From sequence record SRR31156797_4184: 44,532 nt of DNA. The stretch is one strand, 5' to 3'. Below the pieces are notes generated by a model, which saw nothing but the letters and a program-made list of their open reading frames with translations, did not search any database and was not told the DNA's origin. Below, piece after piece: positions 9,928-18,657 of this stretch. Positions within the stretch are counted from its first letter, which is position 1. The number at the start of each line of letters is the position of its first letter. Position numbers and translations under genes: made by a program.

Positions 9928-10983
9928 TTAAATTTTAGGTAACCAAATTTCTTTTTTTAGCATAAAACGCCTTGCGAGCACAAAGTTAACAAACCCATAA
10001 CTAATCCGCATCACATTTTCGATCCCGGTCGTTTTGTTTTGGTGGTAAAAGCTTGCCGCTGTAAGGCCAAAATACCATTTATTGTGATTGTACCCAACAG
10101 CCATTCTAAATGATGCAATGGGGTTAACCTGGAAACTACGTTTTAACTTTCCGCTGGCTTCAGTTCTTGTGCTGTAAACATATCCTATTCCTGCATCCAG
10201 CGACAAGGAAAGAAAAAAGCGTTCTAATGCAACCAGGGTGTGTGCGTAGCCAAAACGGGCATTGGTGGTTATGCCCCTTACACCTTTCACCTGGTCTTCG
10301 TTGAAGGCGTCTTCGTAAATCAGGTTGTCAGGTATGAATGATGAATCTGCCGAAACGCGGTGATAATTTACACTTCCTCCCAGAATTATAGAGCCCGCAC
10401 TCTTGCGCTGAACCTCGGTTTGAGAAAAAGCTGCGATGTATGAAAATTTTTCGGGCTTTACGATATGGGTATAATCGACTCCGGAGGAAAAAACCCCGAT
10501 GTCAGGACGAATAAGGTAAGATTCTCCGGAGGGCCAGTCCTGGATCATAGCGGCAGAATTTTCAAGGTAAAACCCTTTATATTCCTGGAAATAAACATCT
10601 ATAAAACCCTTGCGAAGTATGAAACTGGTTTGAAAATCGAAATACCCAGTTTCACCGTAAATGGATTTATCATTTTCATCAACCATTTTAAATCCCAGGC
10701 TAAAACCAATCCACTTGTAGTTGAACCCAAAACCCAGCGAGTTATTTCCGTTGGGCACATAATTCAGTTCGTAATCATCTTTTTGGTCTTCGATATCCAG
10801 GTATAATATTTTACCATTAACAAAGCCTTTTAAGGTAAGTGCATTTGGGAAAGTACGGATGTAACTCGTGTCGATGTCGGATTTGAATAAATCCATGGGA
10901 TTTTGACCTGCGGCTATAATATGCAGTGTCATCAGACATATCGATAAACATGATGATTTTATGTAACAAATCTTACGTTTCAT
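9928..10983 (-). CDS. DUF4421-like outer-membrane beta-barrel protein
   Basis: DTSYI, GFGFNYKW, YKGFY, FSYIAAFSQTEVQRKSAGS and GYAHTLV motifs recalled from this family. Confidence 0.75.
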   Translation of the reverse strand: MKRKICYIKSSCLSICLMTLHIIAAGQNPMDLFKSDIDTSYIRTFPNALTLKGFVNGKILYLDIEDQKDDYELNYVPNGNNSLGFGFNYKWIGFSLGFKMVDENDKSIYGETGYFDFQTSFILRKGFIDVYFQEYKGFYLENSAAMIQDWPSGESYLIRPDIGVFSSGVDYTHIVKPEKFSYIAAFSQTEVQRKSAGSIILGGSVNYHRVSADSSFIPDNLIYEDAFNEDQVKGVRGITTNARFGYAHTLVALERFFLSLSLDAGIGYVYSTRTEASGKLKRSFQVNPIASFRMAVGYNHNKWYFGLTAASFYHQNKTTGIENVMRISYGFVNFVLARRFMLKKEIWLPKI

Positions 10984-11116
10984 CCAACCGGCTTTTCATG
11001 GGGACAGGTGAAATGAATTTTTCGGGATGTTTATTGGTTCAACCAACGGTTTTTTTTGAAGCATTGAACCCGGCCAACAACACGTTATTGAATTAAATGC
11101 AACGAAAAGGCAAATA

Positions 11117-11782
11117 TTAAATCATGGTTTTCACATCAGTATTGATGGATTTTATCGAGAGCATGATACAGATAACAAGTGTACCTACAGCTACAAGCGC
11201 AAGCAGGAGATAATCTTCTGAGAACAGGCAGAAATTATAAAACCCCTGGAAAAATATAGCCGCGCCAAGCCCGGTTATCGAATCGATAAAAGAGGGTTTT
11301 CTGAACTTTCCCATTCCAATAAAAAACCCGAGTATTATACCGGTAAAGAGGTTCGCAAAAGGAATTGAATATAACACCACGCTTTTCATTTCGGTATAAT
11401 CCCACTCGAAAAAGAAAAACACATTGGCAGCTGTTGCATAGCCCAGCGAAATTACAATACTGTATAAGATGCCGTCAAAGGGCTTGGTTAGAGATTCGTT
11501 AGTTATGTATTTGTAACGGAGGAACAAAAATTTAAACAACTCTGCTAGAAATCCGATTACCGCAAAAGCAAAAAATATTATTCTCCTGAGGCTGGCGGCA
11601 TGCTCGAGCCAGTAATGCTTGATATAAAACATGGCCACAATCATAGGCAGGGCAGCTATGAGGCCAATAAAAAATGATCCGGAAAACAAAAGCCAGGCTT
11701 TCTTTTCCATAGCTCCGCGACCAAGTATAAGCAACAAAATGTAAATAACAGGAGCAATTAAAAGTGGAATGTATTCTATCAC
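11117..11782 (-). CDS. PrsW-family intramembrane protease homolog, catalytically degenerate
   Basis: Multi-TM protein with PrsW scaffold (ELFKFL, PFDGILYS, LGYA, GFFIGMGKF, GFYNF), but EE, EN and both His positions are substituted. GTG start. Confidence 0.8.
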   Translation of the reverse strand: MIEYIPLLIAPVIYILLLILGRGAMEKKAWLLFSGSFFIGLIAALPMIVAMFYIKHYWLEHAASLRRIIFFAFAVIGFLAELFKFLFLRYKYITNESLTKPFDGILYSIVISLGYATAANVFFFFEWDYTEMKSVVLYSIPFANLFTGIILGFFIGMGKFRKPSFIDSITGLGAAIFFQGFYNFCLFSEDYLLLALVAVGTLVICIMLSIKSINTDVKTMI

Positions 11783-11819
11783 GTTGCTTTTCTTTAATAT
11801 GAGGTTGAAAATAAAAATC

Positions 11820-11837
11820 TAATTTTGAACAAAAATA
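11820..11837. promoter_or_regulatory. Interlocked divergent -7 elements (rsgA on +, PrsW-like gene on -)
   Basis: TAATTTTG at 11820-11827 (+) and TATTTTTG at 11837-11830 (-). Confidence 0.5.
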
Positions 11838-11845
11838 TAAAAATT

Positions 11846-12784
11846 TTGAATGGACTGGTAATAAAATCAACAGGTAGTTGGTATTTGGTAAAAACCATTG
11901 AAAACAAACTTATTAACTGTAAAATAAAAGGTAAGTTTCGTTTACAGGGCATAAAAACCACAAATCCTGTAGCCGTTGGTGATAAAGTAGAACTTGACAT
12001 TACCGAAGGCCAGGATGTTGGGGTAATTCGTAAAATTTTCCCACGCGAAAATCACATCATCCGTAAATCAACCAAGCTTTCAAAGGTTTCCCATATTATT
12101 GCTGCAAACATCGATCTGGCACTATTAATTGTAACCATAAGAGAACCCAGGATTACAACAGGATTTATTGACAGATTTCTCGTTACAGCCGAAGCATACC
12201 ATATACCCGCTGCGCTGGTTTTTAACAAAATAGACATTTATAACGACAAGGATAATGCACGGCTTGAGGAGTTAACCCAAATATATGAAGATGCTGAATA
12301 CAAGATTTTTCGGGTTTCAGCACTAAAAGGCCGGAACATAAGTAGTTTAATTGAGGAAATTACCAACAAGGTTTGCTTGTTTTCGGGTGTTTCAGGTGTT
12401 GGTAAGTCAGCACTGGTTAATGCAATCGAACCCGGACTTACACTGAAAACCGGCGATATTTCGAACTACAATAAAAAAGGAAAGCATACCACTACTTTTC
12501 CGGAAATGCATCCACTGTCGTTTGGTGGTTATATCATCGATACGCCTGGTATCAGGGAGTTTGGGCTGGTTGAGTTCCGAAAATCGGAAATTGCAGAACG
12601 GTTCCCTGAATTTCGCAGGTATCAGCACGATTGCCGGTTTAATAACTGTACACACATTCATGAGCCCGGATGTGCCGTTAAGGACGCTATAGAAGCGGGT
12701 AACCTGGCCTTGTCACGATATGAAAGTTACCTCAGAATTTATAAAGATGACTACCTGGACAAAGGATTGTGGGAATGGGAGTAA
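11846..12784 (+). CDS. rsgA: Ribosome small subunit-dependent GTPase A
   Basis: OB fold GLVIKSTGSWY; circularly permuted GTPase motifs NKID, GVSGVGKS, GKHTTT, DTPG; Zn site CRFNNCTHIHEPGC. TTG 11846 preferred over TTG 11825. Confidence 0.96.
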   Translation: MNGLVIKSTGSWYLVKTIENKLINCKIKGKFRLQGIKTTNPVAVGDKVELDITEGQDVGVIRKIFPRENHIIRKSTKLSKVSHIIAANIDLALLIVTIREPRITTGFIDRFLVTAEAYHIPAALVFNKIDIYNDKDNARLEELTQIYEDAEYKIFRVSALKGRNISSLIEEITNKVCLFSGVSGVGKSALVNAIEPGLTLKTGDISNYNKKGKHTTTFPEMHPLSFGGYIIDTPGIREFGLVEFRKSEIAERFPEFRRYQHDCRFNNCTHIHEPGCAVKDAIEAGNLALSRYESYLRIYKDDYLDKGLWEWE

Positions 12785-12870
12785 TATATAATTCGTGAAG
12801 CGCCTGACAATTTACCATGTAATTTGTTTCAATTAATAACGTTGTTTCAAGAATATGTGTAAATAAGGTC

Positions 12871-13536
12871 ATGACATCTGTAGAACTCATAAACGATATG
12901 ATCATTCCGCTTGAGGCGGAAGTCCCTGTGGCATCGGCAATGCGACAAATGGATGAGGTGCGTGTAAGACACCTGCCTGTGATTGAGGGGAAAAAATTAC
13001 TGGGACTGCTCTCAGAAGATGATCTCCTGCAGGCTGATGATGACCTGATACCTGTTGGTGAGTTTGCAAAATCATATCAGCGATTTAGCATCGGACAGCA
13101 TGATCACTATTACAGTGCATTGCGTGTTATGGCAGAAAACAGACTTTCTGTTATTCCGGTTGTGGACGAAAAGAAACAGTATTTGGGGTCGATAACCGAA
13201 GAGGATATGATTCATGCATCCGCTGAAACCTTATCCGTATTAAATCCGGGTGGTGTAATTATTCTTCATGTCAGTGAAAATGATTATTCGTTGGCTGAAA
13301 TTTCCAGGCTGGTTGAGTCGAACGACATCAAAATTCTAAGCACCGGAGTCCATTCGCTCACAGGTTCAAACCTGCTTCAGATCACACTTAAACTCAACAA
13401 AATAAATATCGAAGCTGTAATTCAGACATTTATTCGTTTCGATTATCAAATACATGCCTATTACGGAGAAAATGAAAAGGATGAGGAACTGCTTCGCGAC
13501 CGTTATGACTCGCTGATGCATTACCTGAACATGTAG
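12871..13536 (+). CDS. CBS-pair domain protein with C-terminal ACT-like region
   Basis: RHLPVIE..LLGLLSEDDL and VIPVVDE..YLGSIT CBS motifs; PGGVIIL..DYSLAEISRLVESN; RYDSLMHYLNM end. Confidence 0.88.
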   Translation: MTSVELINDMIIPLEAEVPVASAMRQMDEVRVRHLPVIEGKKLLGLLSEDDLLQADDDLIPVGEFAKSYQRFSIGQHDHYYSALRVMAENRLSVIPVVDEKKQYLGSITEEDMIHASAETLSVLNPGGVIILHVSENDYSLAEISRLVESNDIKILSTGVHSLTGSNLLQITLKLNKINIEAVIQTFIRFDYQIHAYYGENEKDEELLRDRYDSLMHYLNM

Positions 13537-13607
13537 TTATTTACATGTGTATCTTACCCCAGCACCATAATTTCAATTACTTTTGATCTTTTGCAATCGG
13601 AAATCGT

Positions 13608-15071
13608 ATGAGGTTAGCGCTTCTTTGCGCCATTCTATTGGCATTTTTATCTGTTGATGGCCAGCAAAAAGCTGTTGTCGTTTCCAAATCAGCTTACGAC
13701 AGTGTTCTGGTTTATTCGAACACGCAAAACTACAATGCAAAGTTTGTTGTGGATTCGATAAACCTTGGTGGTAACAAAACCACGAAAGACTACATTATAC
13801 TCAGGGAGTTAACCTTTAGGCAAAACGATACCATTCCAGCTTACGAGCTCATTGATGAGTTAACCCGCACCAGGGAAAACCTGCTGAACACATCGCTTTT
13901 TAATTTTGTTACCATTCACGATTCGATCATCTCTGGCGGTAACCCATCACATATTGAAATCCATATTCGTTTTGTCGAAAGGTGGTACCTGTGGCCCATT
14001 CCTATCTTTGAGCTCTCCGACCGTAATTTTAACACCTGGTGGGAAACCAAGGATTTCAACAGGATTTCGTATGGTTTGCTTTTGGTAAAAGAAAACATGC
14101 GTGGTCGAATGGAACGGCTGAACATGCTGCTCAGATTTGGTTGGGACGAAACATACCAGGTTAGCTATGATGTGCCCTACATCAACAAAAAACAAACTTT
14201 TGGGTCGGGGATTGGTGTAGGATTTTCACAAAATCATGAGGTAGCCTACAGAACCATCGGCAATAAACATGAAAATGTGCGGGTTGATGATGAAAACATC
14301 GTTAAAAACTACTACAGCTATTTTAGAGTTACACACAGGCCGTCGCTTTACCACCACCATATGTTATCGCTTCAATATGATTATTTCATGTTTGGCGATA
14401 CCCTTCTTGACCTGAATCCCAACTATTCATTTAATGGTGATACCGTAAACGAATATATGACCCTGCATTACAGGTTTTCGTCCGATCATCGCGACTCAAA
14501 AGTATATCCACTCAGGGGTGAATATTTTGAAGGTAACCTGGTGAAAAGTGGATTGGGGATTTTTAAAGATGGGGACATCTCAATGATGAATCTGCAGGGC
14601 TCTTACCGGAAATACTGGCGAGTCTTAAAGCGGTTATATTTCAGTACCGACTGGACCGGTAAGATTTCCACCTCGCGCAACCAGCCTTTCTTTTACCAGC
14701 GTGGCCTTGGTTTTGGCAGGAGCTTCGTAAGGGGATATGAATTGTATGTAGTTGATGGGCAGAGCTACATTTTGGGGAAAAACACGGTAAAATTTAACCT
14801 GGTTCCCACCCAGGTAAAGAATATCGGATTTATTCCTGGCGAAAAGTTTGGAAAAATTCACTATGCAGTTTATGTAAACTGGTTTTTTGATGCGGGCTAT
14901 GTGGAGGATTATAAAAATACCGAGGGAAATGAACTGGCCAACAAATTATTGTTAGGCACAGGTGTTGGTATCGACCTGGTTACTTATTATGATATGGTTT
15001 TCAGGGTTGACTTTTCCTATAACCGGGAGGGAGAATTTGGTGTGTTTTTTCACGTGGCAAACACACTATAA
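13608..15071 (+). CDS. Omp85/TamA-like protein (single POTRA plus beta-barrel)
   Basis: Signal peptide; POTRA GNKTTKDYIILREL...LLNTSLFNFV...ERWY; barrel with DHRD..YPLRG and VRGYE lid motif. Confidence 0.85.
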   Translation: MRLALLCAILLAFLSVDGQQKAVVVSKSAYDSVLVYSNTQNYNAKFVVDSINLGGNKTTKDYIILRELTFRQNDTIPAYELIDELTRTRENLLNTSLFNFVTIHDSIISGGNPSHIEIHIRFVERWYLWPIPIFELSDRNFNTWWETKDFNRISYGLLLVKENMRGRMERLNMLLRFGWDETYQVSYDVPYINKKQTFGSGIGVGFSQNHEVAYRTIGNKHENVRVDDENIVKNYYSYFRVTHRPSLYHHHMLSLQYDYFMFGDTLLDLNPNYSFNGDTVNEYMTLHYRFSSDHRDSKVYPLRGEYFEGNLVKSGLGIFKDGDISMMNLQGSYRKYWRVLKRLYFSTDWTGKISTSRNQPFFYQRGLGFGRSFVRGYELYVVDGQSYILGKNTVKFNLVPTQVKNIGFIPGEKFGKIHYAVYVNWFFDAGYVEDYKNTEGNELANKLLLGTGVGIDLVTYYDMVFRVDFSYNREGEFGVFFHVANTL

Positions 15072-15187
15072 TGAAAATTAACACCATCCAGTTTTAGTTC
15101 CTGAAAATTAAAATTGGATTAATTTGCAATGCATTTTTGCTTTAATTTAGCCAGTTAATACAACAACGTAAAAAACAGCGGATTTTA

Positions 15188-16066
15188 ATGAAAATTGGGC
15201 TATTCGGAAAATCATTCACCGATGAAGGGGTTATCTACCTGCAACAGTTGATTGATAAACTGAAAAACGTCAACTGCCAACTCACGGTTTACGAACCCTT
15301 CCTTGAAAAAATCAGGCACAAGGTTTCGATTCAATGCCCTGTAGAAACTTTTAGGACTCACCAGGAATTGAATCATCGCGCTGATATCCTGTTTTCAATT
15401 GGTGGTGATGGCACCCTTCTCGACACCATTTCCTATGTTCGCGATAGCGGAATACCTGTACTGGGGGTGAACCTTGGCCGGCTGGGGTTTTTGTCGAGTA
15501 TTTCCCGGGAGGATATTCTTCCGGCAATCGACATGGTCATGTCCGGAAATTATACACTCGAACAGCGAACCCTACTCAGTCTCACAAGCCCTCAGGGGCT
15601 GTTTGGCGATCTCAACTATGCTCTGAACGAACTTTCGATTACTAAAACAGACACCAATTCACTGGCCGTTGTATCGGTGCACGTAAACGATAATTTCCTC
15701 AACACCTACTGGGCCGATGGACTGCTTGTCGCAACACCTACAGGGTCAACGGCTTATTCGCTGAGCTGCTATGGGCCAATCATTACACCGGGTTCCGAAA
15801 ACTTTGTGATCACGCCAATTGCCAGCCATAACCTAACTGTTCGGCCTATTGTGATTCCCGATAACCATGTGATAAAGCTCAAAGTAAGTGGCCGGAATAA
15901 ACTTTACCAGCTTGGCCTCGATTCGCGCTATGAATCCATAAACAATTCAGTAGAACTGATTATCAAAAAGGCTGATTTTAAGCTGAATCTGATTCAACTT
16001 CCCAACCAGGATTTCTTTACCACTATACGCGAAAAACTACTTTGGGGTAAAGACCAGCGAAACTGA
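15188..16066 (+). CDS. nadK: NAD kinase
   Basis: GGDGT, GVNLGRLGFL, ALNE, ADGLLVATPTGSTAYSLS. Confidence 0.96.
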   Translation: MKIGLFGKSFTDEGVIYLQQLIDKLKNVNCQLTVYEPFLEKIRHKVSIQCPVETFRTHQELNHRADILFSIGGDGTLLDTISYVRDSGIPVLGVNLGRLGFLSSISREDILPAIDMVMSGNYTLEQRTLLSLTSPQGLFGDLNYALNELSITKTDTNSLAVVSVHVNDNFLNTYWADGLLVATPTGSTAYSLSCYGPIITPGSENFVITPIASHNLTVRPIVIPDNHVIKLKVSGRNKLYQLGLDSRYESINNSVELIIKKADFKLNLIQLPNQDFFTTIREKLLWGKDQRN

Positions 16067-16333
16067 TCGTATCTGTTTCCCGGATTCTCAGCTCATTTCT
16101 TGCTTTACGAAGCTACCCCTGCCTTTTCCGGCATTCCATCCGAAGCGCTTTATAAGGAGTAAGGTATTTTGAGTATAAAACACATAATCCCTTCAGTTAA
16201 AAACAGCAGGGTGGGTATCAAAAAATTGTAAACCAAATAATTTGATATTTTTCAGCAGGCCCTATATAAATAGGTGGTTACATACTAAAACCCCACTACA
16301 TGAGTTTATGAATGGAATTCTGATTTTCAACAT

Positions 16334-16981
16334 ATGGTTCATATTCAACGGGGGCTTTTTTTAATTGTGGTTTTGTTGATTGTTTTTGCCGGTTGCCAGA
16401 AAATAGAGGAGGACAAGATTCCTCCTGTTATCAGGTTAATTGGCCGCAATCCGGATACTGTACTTGTGGGGTGTGATTACAGTCCAAAAGGAGCTGTAGT
16501 AGCCGACGACAAGCCCATCGAAAGTGATAGTTATACTATTGAAGGCGAGGTGAATGTGGATTCGGCGGGCATTTATTTTCTTGATTACACAGCTTTTGAT
16601 GCCGACAGTAACATGGCCTTTGAGCAAAGGACGGTTGTTGTGGAATCGTTGGATCCGGATTATTATGAAGGCAGCTATTTAGTTTCCGACACATTGCTCT
16701 CGGTGGTTCCCCGACTGATTACAAATTATCCGGTTACTATCAGCAGGCTCAGTCAAAACCAAAATCTGTTCAGCATTAGCAATTTTAGCAATTTTGGTGA
16801 AGAATTTGAAGTGCTCATTCAACCGGATTCCACGGGTCAGTTTCAAATCAATTTTGAGGAGGATGAAATAATAATTTCAGGTGAGGGATGGGTGAAATGC
16901 GGGCTTAATGGGTTGAGAATGAATTATAATGTTGAATTTCCTGATGAGTATCAATCACATAAAGCCACGTATAAAAATTAG
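16334..16981 (+). CDS. Lipoprotein with DUF5011-like Ig domain
   Basis: Lipobox FAGC; DKIPPVIRLIG...GA...G.Y.LDYTA.D..N....RTVVV pattern. Confidence 0.7.
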   Translation: MVHIQRGLFLIVVLLIVFAGCQKIEEDKIPPVIRLIGRNPDTVLVGCDYSPKGAVVADDKPIESDSYTIEGEVNVDSAGIYFLDYTAFDADSNMAFEQRTVVVESLDPDYYEGSYLVSDTLLSVVPRLITNYPVTISRLSQNQNLFSISNFSNFGEEFEVLIQPDSTGQFQINFEEDEIIISGEGWVKCGLNGLRMNYNVEFPDEYQSHKATYKN

Positions 16982-17803
16982 ATGAGTTTGAAGCGGTATT
17001 TTTTATTGATAGCATTTGTTTTGGGTTTAATTGTCCCAAATTTATCCCGGGCCCAGGAAATGGAAATTGGTGGAATGGTCGGGGGTACCTATTATCTTGG
17101 CGAACTCAATCCAGGTAAGCAATTTTTGATGACCAGGCCGGCATTTGGCGGTGTTATACGTTTAAATTTGGATAACCGGTGGTCAGCCCGGTTTAATTTT
17201 TTAACCGGTCGCGTTGCTGGCGATGATGCCGTAGCCAAAGCCAACGAAACCCGTAATTTACGATTCAGATCATCCATTACCGAAATTTCGATCATCGCAG
17301 AGTTTAATTTTCTGGAATATTTAACCGGTAGCCAAATCAATTTCTTTTCACCTTATTTGTTTGTTGGTCCGGGATATTTTACTTTTAACCCAAAAGCTCC
17401 TTATGACGGCAATTATGTAGAGTTGCGGGGCCTGGGCACCGAAGGTGTTGTGGATAATTACAATCTTTATGGTATTGTTGGAGTTTTTGGATTTGGTTTT
17501 AAATACAGCCTTACCAATCGGTTGGGCCTTGGCCTCGAATGGGGATTGAGAAAAACCTTTACGGATTACCTGGATGATGTTAGCGAGAACTACTATGTCG
17601 ACTTTAACACAATTACTGATCCGAATGAAATCGGGGCTGCACAATACCTATCCGATCCATCAGTTACTAAACACGATCCGGGTATGCAACGCGGTAACCC
17701 GAATAATAACGACTGGTATTCATTTGCTGGCATTTCAATCATTTACAGGTTTACGCTGGGAGAGAAAACAACATGTCGTGATTTTGAGAATTCGAATAAT
17801 TAA
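16982..17803 (+). CDS. porG: PorG/DUF6089-family outer-membrane barrel
   Basis: YYLGELNP, RNLRFRS, EFNF, FSPY, RKTFTDYLDDV, GNPNNNDWY motifs; sits directly upstream of uppS-bamA-skp-skp, as in Porphyromonas. Confidence 0.75.
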   Translation: MSLKRYFLLIAFVLGLIVPNLSRAQEMEIGGMVGGTYYLGELNPGKQFLMTRPAFGGVIRLNLDNRWSARFNFLTGRVAGDDAVAKANETRNLRFRSSITEISIIAEFNFLEYLTGSQINFFSPYLFVGPGYFTFNPKAPYDGNYVELRGLGTEGVVDNYNLYGIVGVFGFGFKYSLTNRLGLGLEWGLRKTFTDYLDDVSENYYVDFNTITDPNEIGAAQYLSDPSVTKHDPGMQRGNPNNNDWYSFAGISIIYRFTLGEKTTCRDFENSNN

Positions 17804-17806
17804 TCC

Positions 17807-17814
17807 TACTTTTG
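17807..17814 (+). promoter_or_regulatory. -7 promoter element upstream of uppS
   Basis: TACTTTTG followed by cagccc. Confidence 0.6.
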
Positions 17815-17894
17815 CAGCCCTTAAAAAGTTGACAGAATAAGGCTAAGTGTTGGGTAAACAAATATTTACGAAGAATTAGGGATTGAAGAAGCGC

Positions 17895-18653
17895 ATGAGT
17901 TACAAAGATCAAATCGATAAATCAAAGCTTCCGCGTCATATTGCGGTGATCATGGATGGAAATGGTCGCTGGGCAAAAAAGCGGGGAAAACTCAGGATAT
18001 TCGGGCATGAGAATGGCGTGGCATCCGTCCGTGAAACAGCGGAGGCTGCAGCAGAACTTGGCGTTGAATATCTTACACTCTATGCCTTTTCCACCGAAAA
18101 CTGGAAACGCCCCAGGCTGGAAGTTGAGGCACTTATGAAGCTCCTGATCCGAACGATAAATGTTGAAATAAAAACGCTGAACGATAACAACATTCGCCTG
18201 CGTGCAATCGGCGACATGAATTCACTTGGGCCTGAAGTGCGCAAGAAATTGATGAAAGCCATCGACGAAACAAAAAACAATACCAGGATGAACCTGGTGC
18301 TGGCACTTAGCTACAGCTCACATTTCGAAATTGTTGAAGCTGTTAAACAAATTGCCGCCCAACACAAAAACAATGAAATTTCGCTTAATGATATCAACGA
18401 ATCAGTTATTTCAAACCACCTTTACACCAAAAATTTCCCGGATCCTGAACTGCTGATAAGAACCAGTGGAGAATTTAGGATCAGCAACTTTTTGCTCTGG
18501 CAACTAGCCTACTCCGAAATTTATATTACCCCCAAACTTTGGCCCGATTTCAGGAAAGAAGACCTGTACGAAGCCATTGTCAATTATCAGTGTCGCGAAA
18601 GAAGGTTTGGAAAAACCAGTGAACAAATTCTCATGCAAGAGAAAGTAAAGTAA
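17895..18653 (+). CDS. uppS: Undecaprenyl diphosphate synthase (cis-prenyltransferase)
   Basis: PRHIAVIMDGNGRWA, YAFSTENWKRP, RTSGEFRISNFLLWQ, RERRFG. Confidence 0.96.
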   Translation: MSYKDQIDKSKLPRHIAVIMDGNGRWAKKRGKLRIFGHENGVASVRETAEAAAELGVEYLTLYAFSTENWKRPRLEVEALMKLLIRTINVEIKTLNDNNIRLRAIGDMNSLGPEVRKKLMKAIDETKNNTRMNLVLALSYSSHFEIVEAVKQIAAQHKNNEISLNDINESVISNHLYTKNFPDPELLIRTSGEFRISNFLLWQLAYSEIYITPKLWPDFRKEDLYEAIVNYQCRERRFGKTSEQILMQEKVK

Positions 18654-18657
18654 CAAC

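Noticed and set aside
16067-16333. 267-bp intergenic region with weak inverted repeats as a possible ncRNA
   Set aside because: Pairings are imperfect and match no riboswitch or ncRNA I can recognise.
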